Below, piece by piece: positions 51,261-59,448 of a DNA stretch of 64,000 bases. Below the pieces are notes generated by a model. That model ran no database searches. It was not told the origin of the DNA and saw only the letters and a program-made list of their open reading frames with translations. The position numbers and the translations under genes were made by a program. The stretch lies in assembly GCA_964202905.1 (NCBI GenBank), contig CAXNJO010000002.1, positions 32,001-96,000 of the forward strand, read 5' to 3'. Position 1 is the stretch's first letter. The number at the start of each line of letters is the position of its first letter. This DNA comes from Polyangiales bacterium. GTDB taxonomy: Bacteria > Myxococcota_A > Polyangia > Polyangiales > JADJQN01.

Positions 51261-52229
51261 GTGTCCGCCCACCCCCTCCGCACCGAGCCGCGCATCGATG
51301 CGCTCACTGGCACCCTGGTGCTCGTCGCGCCGCACCGTCGCGGGATCGCGCCGCCCTCGCCCGCGTCCCCCGGCCTGCCCGACGTCCCGCGCGCACGCTG
51401 CCCGTTCTGCCCCGGGCACGAGGCCGAGGCCGAGCCCACCGTGGCGCGCTGGCCCGACGAGGGCGCATGGCGTGCACGCATCGTCGGCAATCGCTACGCG
51501 CTCGCGGGCGACGCCGTCAGCGGCCTCACGGGTGCACACGAGGTCGTGATCGAGACGCCGGACCACGACCTCGATCTGCCCGACTACGCGCCCGCCCACA
51601 TGGCCGCGGTGCTCGACCTCGTCGCCGCGCGGATCGCGACGCTCGCCGCGCGCCCGGGCGTCGCCGCGGTGCTCACCTTCCGCAACCGCGGTCGTCGCGC
51701 GGGCAGCTCCCAGCCGCACGCGCACGCGCAGATCCTCGCGCTCGATCGCGTGCCCGGCGGGACGGCGGAGCGCGACGCGCGCGCACGTCGCCACTTCGTC
51801 GAAGCGGGTCACACGCTCCTCGGCGACATGCTGGCCGACGAACTGCGCGACGGTCGCCGCATCGTGCGCGACGAGGACGGCGTCGTGACGCTCTGTCCGC
51901 ACGCCTCGCAGCATCCGCACGAGCTGCGCCTCGTGCCGCGCGCCGGCGGCGCCACGCTCGCCGCGCTCTCCGTCGAGGTGCGCGCCGCGCTCGCCGCAGC
52001 GCTCGTCGATGCGACGCGGCGCCTGCGCGTGGCCGGCGCGGCCAGCGACTACAACGTGCTCTTCCACGAGCCGCCCGTCGCGAGCCGCGACGCGCCGTGG
52101 AACGCGCTCCACGTCGACGTCACGCCGCGCACGACGTCGCCCGCGGGCCTCGAGCTCGTCTCGGGCTGCACGGTACTCACGGTCCCGCCCGAAGCCGCGG
52201 CCGAGTCCCTCCGCAACGCCCGGTTTTGA
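51261..52229 (+). CDS. galT: Galactose-1-phosphate uridylyltransferase (HIT superfamily)
   Basis: Motifs CPFCPG, HEVVIETPDH, FRNRG and AGSSQPHAHAQ. Confidence 0.85.
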   Translation: MSAHPLRTEPRIDALTGTLVLVAPHRRGIAPPSPASPGLPDVPRARCPFCPGHEAEAEPTVARWPDEGAWRARIVGNRYALAGDAVSGLTGAHEVVIETPDHDLDLPDYAPAHMAAVLDLVAARIATLAARPGVAAVLTFRNRGRRAGSSQPHAHAQILALDRVPGGTAERDARARRHFVEAGHTLLGDMLADELRDGRRIVRDEDGVVTLCPHASQHPHELRLVPRAGGATLAALSVEVRAALAAALVDATRRLRVAGAASDYNVLFHEPPVASRDAPWNALHVDVTPRTTSPAGLELVSGCTVLTVPPEAAAESLRNARF

Positions 52230-52241
52230 AAGAAGAATCGG

Positions 52242-52547
52242 TCAGCGCGACTTCGGGAGCACGATCGTGGGCCGCTCGGGGTGTCGGCGGTAGAGCACGA
52301 TCACGCGGCCGATCTCCTGCACCACCGCGGCGCGGAGCGTGGCCGCGAGCGCCTCGCCGCACTCGCGTCGCTCGAGCGGGGAGGTCTCGAGGACGCGCAC
52401 CTTGATCAACTCGTGGTCGAGCAGCGCGCGATCGACGGCCGCGGCGAAGCCCTCGGTGACGCCCTCCTTGCCGACCTGGACCAGCGGCGAGAGCGGGTGC
52501 GCGAGCCCCTTGAGAAACTGCTTCTGCTTGCTCGTGAGGGTCGTCAT
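52242..52547 (-). CDS. yhbY: YhbY/CRM-domain RNA-binding protein
   Basis: LTSKQKQFLKGLAHPLSP, VGKEG, HELIKV and QEIG..VLYR. Confidence 0.93.
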   Translation of the reverse strand: MTTLTSKQKQFLKGLAHPLSPLVQVGKEGVTEGFAAAVDRALLDHELIKVRVLETSPLERRECGEALAATLRAAVVQEIGRVIVLYRRHPERPTIVLPKSR

Positions 52548-52582
52548 GCGTCGGCTCCGTGCGGCGGGCGCGCGAAGGTACG

Positions 52583-53896
52583 TCAGCCGAGCCAGCCGAG
52601 CCAGTCGAGGCCCCAGAGCAGCGCGGCCAGCGCGAGGAGCAGCGGCGCGACGAAGCGCAGCCCGTGCGCGAGATCCGCGAGGACCTCCCGGCGCTCGAGG
52701 CGCGCGAGCGTCCGCGCGCCGTACACGTCCTCGAGCTCGCGGCGTGCGTCCGCGCGCTCCTGCGCGTCGAGCGGGTCGTGGCCCGAGAGATAGTGCAGGT
52801 GGTGCTCGATCTCGTGATCGATGGTCTCGCGCACCTCGGCCTCGAGGTCGTACGGGCCCTCCTCCGCGTGCATCCGCGCGAAGGATCGGTAGTAGACCGT
52901 GACGAGGAACTCCGTCGTCGCGTTGCCCGCGGCGTCGACGGCCTCGCGCGGCTCGTAGCTGCCGAGGAGCGGCTCCCCCGCGACGTCGAGCGCGGGCACG
53001 CCGTCCTCGACGCGGAGCGCGATGTGGCGCACGCCGCGCGCCGCGTAGACCTCCGCGCCGAGGCGTGCGACGAGCGCCTCGAAGTCCGCCGCGTCGGGGA
53101 ACGCGCCCTCCCCCGGATCCCGCGCGGGCGCGCCGCCAGTGCGGCCGAGCGCGAGATCGAACTCACGCTCGAGCGGCGCGTCGACCTCGTGCAACGCGCC
53201 GCACGCGGGGCACACGAGCGGCCTCAGGGCGCGCTCGGCGTACGCGACCTCGAGAAAGCCCTGCTCGATCGCGCTCCACGCGCGATCGGGCACATGCGCG
53301 AGCACGTCCGCGAGCACGGTCGCGCGCGTCTCCCTGCCGACGGACCGGACGCCGAGCGCCCGCACGAGCGCGGGCGTCACGCGCAGCGGCGCCTCCCGTG
53401 CGAGCGCAGCCCAGAGCGGCCTGGCCGTCTCGACCGTCGGCGCGCGCAGCACGGCCTCGCGCGCACGTCCGCGTCCGACGCGCACCGTGACGCCGAGCGG
53501 GACCCGCGCCTCCCGCACCGCGGGCTCGCGCGCGAAGCGCTCTTCGAGATCGTCGAGGGGCACGCCGCGCGGCGCGGCCTCGAGCGGCGCGTCGCAGTTG
53601 CGGCACTCGCCCGCGTCCGTCGCTTCCGGCGCGACGGCGCCGAGGCGCTCGCACGCGTCCCGGAGCGCGTGAAAATCGCGCACGTCGAGCGCGAGCAGCG
53701 CCTCCCGCGTGAGCGGCGTGCGCGCGCGACCGTCCGCCGGCTCGACGCTGACCTCGCCCGCGAGCAGCGCCCCGAGCGTGCGCCCCGCGAAGAGGCGCGT
53801 GCCCTCGACGACGTCGTCGACGCGCGGCGCGCCCCGCCCGACGCGCCGCACGCGCACGCGCAGCCCGCTCGGCAGCCGGACGAGCGCGCCCGCCAC
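52583..53896 (-). CDS. Hypothetical fusion: two-CxxC baseplate-chaperone-like domain + zincin-like HExxH domain + C-terminal TM
   Basis: CRNC, LRAPT, CPACG, then VYYRSF...VRETIDHEIEHH, and a hydrophobic tail. Confidence 0.6.
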   Translation of the reverse strand: MAGALVRLPSGLRVRVRRVGRGAPRVDDVVEGTRLFAGRTLGALLAGEVSVEPADGRARTPLTREALLALDVRDFHALRDACERLGAVAPEATDAGECRNCDAPLEAAPRGVPLDDLEERFAREPAVREARVPLGVTVRVGRGRAREAVLRAPTVETARPLWAALAREAPLRVTPALVRALGVRSVGRETRATVLADVLAHVPDRAWSAIEQGFLEVAYAERALRPLVCPACGALHEVDAPLEREFDLALGRTGGAPARDPGEGAFPDAADFEALVARLGAEVYAARGVRHIALRVEDGVPALDVAGEPLLGSYEPREAVDAAGNATTEFLVTVYYRSFARMHAEEGPYDLEAEVRETIDHEIEHHLHYLSGHDPLDAQERADARRELEDVYGARTLARLERREVLADLAHGLRFVAPLLLALAALLWGLDWLGWLG

Positions 53897-53897
53897 G

Positions 53898-54614
53898 TCA
53901 GGGACCCGCGACGCCGGCGTCGGGCTCGGCGCCGACCGCGTCGAGGATGAGCCCCGTCGCCTGCACGTAGAACGCGATGAGCACGCGCTGCTGCGCGTCG
54001 TCGAGCGAGAACGCCGTGTCGCACGCGACCAGCGTCAGGTCACGCGTGCGGGAGAGCGCCTCGACCACCTCGAGCGGCATGTCCGCGAGCGTCGCCGTGC
54101 GCGCGTCCGCGTCGAAGCGCGCCGCAGGAAAAGGCACCGGACCGCGCTCCGTCCGCGCCGAGAGCGCATGGCACGTCGGGCCGATCGCGCCCGAGACGTC
54201 GAGGAAGCGGAGCTCCACGTCCGGCGAGCCGAGCAAGAAGCGCAGCGACCACACGCCCTCTGGAAACGCGAGCTCCCAACGCAGCGCGCGCGCCGCGCCC
54301 CCGTCCGCCCCGGGCTCGAAGGCCACCGTGCCCGGCACCGCGGTCGGCGTGGGGCGCACGAGCGGCTCGAGCACATGCACGTCGGACTCGGGCAGCCGCG
54401 GCCCCGCGTCGGTGCGCGCGCCCCCATCCGCGCGGTCATCCCGGGCCGCAGCGCCGTCGCCGCGCGCCCCCTCCCCTTGCGCGGCGCGCTCCTCGCCCGC
54501 GTGCCGATGCCACGCGAGCCCGAGCCCGAGCCCGACGGCGACGACGACGGCCACGAGGCCCACGATCCCGCGTCGCCGCGCGGTGCGCGGGTCCGCCTTC
54601 GTCCGCGCGCTCAT
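53898..54614 (-). CDS. Hypothetical membrane-anchored protein
   Basis: MSARTKADPR..GIVGLVAVVVAVGLGLGLAW. Start overlaps the regulator stop, and the stop lies 1 nt before the next gene. Confidence 0.65.
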   Translation of the reverse strand: MSARTKADPRTARRRGIVGLVAVVVAVGLGLGLAWHRHAGEERAAQGEGARGDGAAARDDRADGGARTDAGPRLPESDVHVLEPLVRPTPTAVPGTVAFEPGADGGAARALRWELAFPEGVWSLRFLLGSPDVELRFLDVSGAIGPTCHALSARTERGPVPFPAARFDADARTATLADMPLEVVEALSRTRDLTLVACDTAFSLDDAQQRVLIAFYVQATGLILDAVGAEPDAGVAGP

Positions 54615-56176
54615 GCGCCCCTCCGGCGACCGGGCGTCACGGGGCGCCCCGCGGCTGGCGCGTCCGCGTCGTCGCTCGAGACGAGGGGCGAGAAGAAGTT
54701 GTCCTTCTTCGTGTATTCGTCGACGCGGAACGCGTACTTGTAGCTCGGCGCCGCGCGCTGGTTGCAGTCGGCGCGCTCGCAGAAACGGCACGTCGTGCCC
54801 ACGGGCACGGCCATCTTGCGCGGGTCGGCGAAGGGCATGTCGTCCGCGTACACGAGGTGGCGCGCGTTGTCCGCGTACGTGCCGAGGCCGATCGCGTAGA
54901 CGGTGCCGCGCGCGAGCGAGCCCTGCTCGGGGCTCGAGATGACCTTCGCGAAACAGAAGTACGTCGCCCCGTCGGGGAAGACGCTGTACTGCCGGGCGAG
55001 CACGTTCGGCGTGAGGAAGGCGAGGTTCGTCGCCCACTTCGGGCACGAGCCCGTGCCGGCCGGGAAGCGGATGCCCGTCTGCGAGTAGCGCTTCGAGATG
55101 TTGCCCGCGACGTCGACGCGCGAGAAGTGGAAGGGCACGCCGCGCTTGCGGGGATCGCTGAGGTTGCAGATGCGGTGCGCGACGGTCTCGTACGACGACT
55201 CGAAGAGGCTCGTCAGCAGCTCCACGTCGTAGCGCGTGCGCGTGACCTCGCGGAAGAAGTCGTCGTACGGCAGGAGGAGCGCGCCCGCGAAGTAGTTCGC
55301 GAGGTGGATCTTCAGTAGCTTCTGCGTCTCGACGTGCCGCTGCGGCGCGCCGGCCCCCGCGAGGATGCGCACGTGCAGGCGCTCGTCGTCGAGGATGCGC
55401 AGGCCCGCCGTCGCCGCGAGCTGGAACTTGAGCCGCTGCTCGAACATCGCCGACGAGAGCGTGAGCACGCCGCCGTCCGGATCCCAGCGCCGCACCACCG
55501 ACGACTCCTCGCTCGGCGCGACGAAGCGCACCTCGACGCCGAGCCGCGCGCGCAGCACCTCGGCCAGCTCGTGGCTCGACACGCGCGCACCGAGCTTCGT
55601 GTCGCGCCGCAGCTCGTCCGCGCGCTCCTCGAGCACCTTGAACCAGTTGCCGTGCTGCTCGAGGAAGTCGATGACCTCGTCGAAGGGCGAGTAGTCGAAG
55701 CGCAGCGCACCGTCCGCCGCGTCGTCCGTCGCGGGGGCCGCGGCGCCCTTCGACTGCGGGCGCCCCGCGCCGCGCGCGACCGAGTGCAGCAGGTTGTCGA
55801 GCTGCGAGCGCGTGTTCTTGAACATGTTGAAGAGCGCGGTGATCGTCGTCGCGACCTTCGGCTCGGCGCTCAGGCTCTGCAGGTCCTCCTCGGTGAGGTT
55901 CAGCGAGCGCAGCAGCGGCTCGTCGAGGAGCTTCGCGAGCCCGTCGTCGACGTGCCGCTCGCCGAGGCTCGCCATGAACTGCTCCATCGTGACGCCGTAG
56001 AGCTCGAGCGCCTTGAAGAGCAGCGGCAGCTGCACCGCGCGCTTGCCCTTCTCGATGAGCGAGAGGTACGCCGGCGAGACGCTCAGCCGCCGCGCGACCT
56101 CGCCCTGCTGCAGCCCGCGCTCGAGCCGCAGCTCGCGCAGGCGCTGGCCCATGTGGAGGTTGTAGCTGCCGTCCAT
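54611..56176 (-). CDS. XRE-family short-chain fatty acyl-CoA regulator (ScfR/RamB/PrpR/PccR type)
   Basis: N-terminal HTH (SPAYLSLIEKGKR), ANYFAGALLLPY, RVDVAGNISKR, GSCPKW and C-terminal CRFCERADCNQRA. Confidence 0.92.
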   Translation of the reverse strand: MDGSYNLHMGQRLRELRLERGLQQGEVARRLSVSPAYLSLIEKGKRAVQLPLLFKALELYGVTMEQFMASLGERHVDDGLAKLLDEPLLRSLNLTEEDLQSLSAEPKVATTITALFNMFKNTRSQLDNLLHSVARGAGRPQSKGAAAPATDDAADGALRFDYSPFDEVIDFLEQHGNWFKVLEERADELRRDTKLGARVSSHELAEVLRARLGVEVRFVAPSEESSVVRRWDPDGGVLTLSSAMFEQRLKFQLAATAGLRILDDERLHVRILAGAGAPQRHVETQKLLKIHLANYFAGALLLPYDDFFREVTRTRYDVELLTSLFESSYETVAHRICNLSDPRKRGVPFHFSRVDVAGNISKRYSQTGIRFPAGTGSCPKWATNLAFLTPNVLARQYSVFPDGATYFCFAKVISSPEQGSLARGTVYAIGLGTYADNARHLVYADDMPFADPRKMAVPVGTTCRFCERADCNQRAAPSYKYAFRVDEYTKKDNFFSPLVSSDDADAPAAGRPVTPGRRRGA

Positions 56177-56261
56177 GTGCTCCCTCGCAGCGCGCGGTGG
56201 CGACGTCCTGGACCTGCCGCGACCCGCCCGCACGACAGGCCCTCCGGAGGCCCACGTCCGC

Positions 56262-56407
56262 TTGACGGACGCGTTGACAAGTAAAGACGCCAGGCCAGCG
56301 TCTGTCAACGCATCAATTCGACGTTTACAGACCACTTACCCATTGAATTGGGCGTTCGCGAGCATTACGCATCGCGTCATCGTGCCGCCCTGTAAACGTG
56401 TAAACAC
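56262..56407. promoter_or_regulatory. Cluster of GTT(G/T)ACA inverted repeats upstream of the regulator (candidate operator)
   Basis: GCGTTGACA(56271)/TGTCAACGC(56303), ACGTTTACAG(56321)/CTGTAAACGT(56390) and GTGTAAACAC(56398). Confidence 0.55.
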
Positions 56408-56411
56408 GCTT

Positions 56412-57386
56412 TCAGGCCTCGAGCCACGCGCCCAGCGCGACGGCGACGGCGACGTCCGGCAGGCCACGTCGGGCCTCGGCCTCGGCGAGCGCGCGCGCGG
56501 GCCCCTCGCCACCGAGCCGCTCGACGCCGACCTCGCCGTGACGCCGCGCGAAGAGCGCGAGCGCGCTCGCGACGGTGCCGTCGAAACGCCGCGCGGCGAG
56601 GCCCTCGGGACCGAGCGCGGCGCGGTGCGCGTCGAGCGCATCGGCGAGCGCGTCGATCCCCGTGCGGTCGCGCGCGCTCGTGCGCAGCACCGCGACCTCG
56701 TGCGCCGCGGCGACGCCCGCGCCGCGCAGCGTGCCGAGCGCGCTCCGCAGATCGGCGGCGGCACGCTCGGCGAGCGCGACCTCGTCGGCCTTGTTGACGA
56801 CGAACACGTCGGGGATCTCCATCACGCCCGCCTTCAGGAACTGCAGCGTGTCGCCGCTGCCCGGCTGCACGACGAGCGCGACGGTGTCGACGACGCGCTC
56901 GACATCCGTCTCCGTCTGACCGACGCCGGTCGTCTCGACGAGCACGACGTCGTACGCGGCCGCGAGCACCGCGACGAGCGCGTGCGCGGCGAAGGTGAGC
57001 CCGCCCGCGTCGCCGCCCGTCGCCGCGCTCCGCACGAAGAGCCCATCGTCCCCGGGGTCGAAGCCCATGCGCGCGCGGTCCCCGAGCAGCGCGCCACCGG
57101 AGCGCACGCTGGTCGGGTCGACCGCGAGGACGCCCACCGTGCGTCCGCGGGCGCGGAGCACGCGCGCGAGCGCGGCGACGAGCGTGCTCTTGCCCACGCC
57201 GGGGGGGCCCGTGATCCCCACCCGGTGCGCGTCGTGCCCGCCGGCGGCCGCGAGCGCGGAGAGCAGCGCCGCGATGCGCGCACGCGAGGCCGGGCGCCGA
57301 TCCTCGACGTGATCGAGCGCGCGGGCGACGGCGCGCTTCTCGCCCGCGGCGACGTGCGCGGCGAGCGCGGCGAGCGACCCGTCCAC
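56412..57386 (-). CDS. meaB: MeaB/ArgK GTPase chaperone of B12-dependent mutase
   Basis: Motifs GITGPPGVGKST, AVDPTS..SGGALLGDR, ETTGVGQ, KAGVME and NKAD. Confidence 0.93.
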   Translation of the reverse strand: MDGSLAALAAHVAAGEKRAVARALDHVEDRRPASRARIAALLSALAAAGGHDAHRVGITGPPGVGKSTLVAALARVLRARGRTVGVLAVDPTSVRSGGALLGDRARMGFDPGDDGLFVRSAATGGDAGGLTFAAHALVAVLAAAYDVVLVETTGVGQTETDVERVVDTVALVVQPGSGDTLQFLKAGVMEIPDVFVVNKADEVALAERAAADLRSALGTLRGAGVAAAHEVAVLRTSARDRTGIDALADALDAHRAALGPEGLAARRFDGTVASALALFARRHGEVGVERLGGEGPARALAEAEARRGLPDVAVAVALGAWLEA

Positions 57387-59378
57387 CTAGGCCCCCGCGT
57401 CCGCGGCGTCGGCGTGTGCGGTCAGGAGCGCGACGAGATCCGCCATGATCGCGTCGAGCGCGAAGTCCTTCGGCGTGTAGACGCGCGCGACGCCCTGCGC
57501 GAGGAGCGACGCCGCGTCAGCGGGCGGGATGATGCCGCCCACGATGACGGGCGCCTCGACGCCCGCGGCCCGCAGCGCGGCCACGATCTCCGGGACGATC
57601 TGCCGGTGCGAGCCGCTCAGGATCGAGAGGCCCACGAGGTGCACGCCCTCCTCGAGCGCGCTCGTCACGAGCTGCGCGGGCGTGACGCGGATGCCCTCGT
57701 AGACGACCTCGAAGCCCACGTCGCGCGCCTTGATCGCGATCTGCTCGGCGCCGTTCGAGTGCCCGTCGAGGCCGGGCTTGCCGACGAGGAACTTCGGTCG
57801 GCGACCGAGGCGCTGCGCGAGCCGATCGAGCTCCGCGCGCAGGCGTGCCCGCTCCCCGGGCTGGCCCGCGTCGCCCGAGACGCGCGCGCCCGCGACGCCC
57901 GTCGGCGCGCGGTACTCGCCCCACAGTTCGCGGAGCACGCCGGCCCACTCGCCCGTCGTGACGCCCGCGTGCGCCGCGGCGATGCTCGGCGGCATCACGT
58001 TCTCACCGGCGCGCAGGGCCTCGCGCAGGGCGGCGAGCGCGGCCTGCGCAGCCCGTTCGTCGCGCGCGGCACGCCACGCAGCGAGCGCCTCGACGCGCTC
58101 GCGCTCGACGCCCGGATCGACGACCAGAATCGCGCCGTCGAGGTCGCGCGTGAGCGGGCTCGGCTCGCTCTCGCGGAAGGCGTTGAGGCCCACGACGATC
58201 TGCTCGCCGCGCTCGATCGCGCCGAGCCGCGCTGCGTTCGACTCGACGAGCCGCTGCTTGATGTAGCCGCTCTCGACGGCCTCGATCGCGCCGCCGCGCG
58301 CGAGCACGGCCTCCACCTCGCGCCACGCCTCGGCCTCGAGCGCCGCGACGCGCGCCCCGACGACGACGCTGCCCTCGAAGAGGTCGCCGTGCTCGAGCAG
58401 ATCCGTCTCGTACGCGAGGATCTGCTGCGCGCGCAGGCTCCACTGCTGGTCCCACGGGCGCGGCAGGCCGAGCGCCTCGTTCCACGCCGGCAGCTGCACG
58501 GCGCGCGCGCGGGCGTCCTTGCTGAGGGTGACGCTCAGCATCTCGAGCACGATGCGGAGGATGTTGTTCTCGGGCTGCTGCTCGGTGAGGCCGAGCGAGT
58601 TGACCTGCACGCCATAACGGAACCGGCGGTGCTCGGCGTCCGCGACGCCGTAGCGCTCGCGCGTGATGCGGTCCCACAGCGCGACGAACGCGCGCATCTT
58701 GCAGAGCTCGTCGACGAAGCGGATCCCCGCGTTCACGAAGAAGCTCATGCGCCCGACGACCTCGTCGAGCTCCGGCTGCGTGAGGCCGCGCGCGCGCACC
58801 GCGTCGAGCACCGCGATCGCGGTGACGAGCGCGTAGGCGAGCTCCTGCGCGGGCGTCGCCCCCGCCTCCTGCAGGTGGTAGCTGCAGATGTTGATGGGGT
58901 TCCAGCGCGGGATGGACTTCACCGTGTGGACGATGAGATCCGTCGTCAGGCGCAGGCTCTGCGCGGGGGGCAGGATGTACGTCCCGCGCGAGAGGTACTC
59001 CTTGACGAGGTCGTTCTGCGTGGTGCCCGCGAGCGACGCCGGGTCGACGCCGCGCTCCTCGGCGAGCGCGACGTAGAGCGCGAGCAGCCACGGGGCCGTC
59101 GCGTTGATGGTCATCGAGGTGTTCATCTTCTCGAGCGGCAGCGCGTCGAAGAGCGCGCGCATGTCGCCGAGGTGCGCGACCGGGACACCCACCTTCCCGA
59201 CCTCGCCGCGCGCGAGCGGATGGTCGGGGTCGTAGCCCGTCTGCGTGGGCAGATCGAAGGCGACGCTCAGCCCCGTCTGCCCCTTGCCGAGGTTCGTGCG
59301 GAAGAGCGCGTTGCTCTTCTCGGCCGTCGAGTGCCCCGCGTAGGTCCGCATGATCCACGGCCGCTCGCGCTTGGTCAT
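57387..59378 (-). CDS. ecm: Ethylmalonyl-CoA mutase (MeaA/Ecm), B12-dependent
   Basis: PWIMRTYAGHS, SYHLQEAG, GVQVNSLGLTEQQPENN and B12 motif DGHSNG, divergent from ccr. Confidence 0.92.
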   Translation of the reverse strand: MTKRERPWIMRTYAGHSTAEKSNALFRTNLGKGQTGLSVAFDLPTQTGYDPDHPLARGEVGKVGVPVAHLGDMRALFDALPLEKMNTSMTINATAPWLLALYVALAEERGVDPASLAGTTQNDLVKEYLSRGTYILPPAQSLRLTTDLIVHTVKSIPRWNPINICSYHLQEAGATPAQELAYALVTAIAVLDAVRARGLTQPELDEVVGRMSFFVNAGIRFVDELCKMRAFVALWDRITRERYGVADAEHRRFRYGVQVNSLGLTEQQPENNILRIVLEMLSVTLSKDARARAVQLPAWNEALGLPRPWDQQWSLRAQQILAYETDLLEHGDLFEGSVVVGARVAALEAEAWREVEAVLARGGAIEAVESGYIKQRLVESNAARLGAIERGEQIVVGLNAFRESEPSPLTRDLDGAILVVDPGVERERVEALAAWRAARDERAAQAALAALREALRAGENVMPPSIAAAHAGVTTGEWAGVLRELWGEYRAPTGVAGARVSGDAGQPGERARLRAELDRLAQRLGRRPKFLVGKPGLDGHSNGAEQIAIKARDVGFEVVYEGIRVTPAQLVTSALEEGVHLVGLSILSGSHRQIVPEIVAALRAAGVEAPVIVGGIIPPADAASLLAQGVARVYTPKDFALDAIMADLVALLTAHADAADAGA

Positions 59379-59448
59379 GCGTGCTTCGTACCCGCGCGCC
59401 TTTCGCCTTTCAAGAAGCCCACCAACCCCTTTCGAGGAGAGAGCCACC

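Noticed and set aside
52583..54614. Prophage or eCIS locus
   Set aside because: No integrase, capsid, sheath, tube or spike genes, only a single domain resemblance.
56177..56411. Cobalamin riboswitch near the B12-dependent mutase
   Set aside because: No recognisable B12-box or conserved core, and the position is downstream of ecm-meaB.
57387..59378. Ordinary methylmalonyl-CoA mutase
   Set aside because: The RTYAGHS and VQVNSLGLTEQQPENN motifs and the ccr/mcd context fit Ecm/MeaA.
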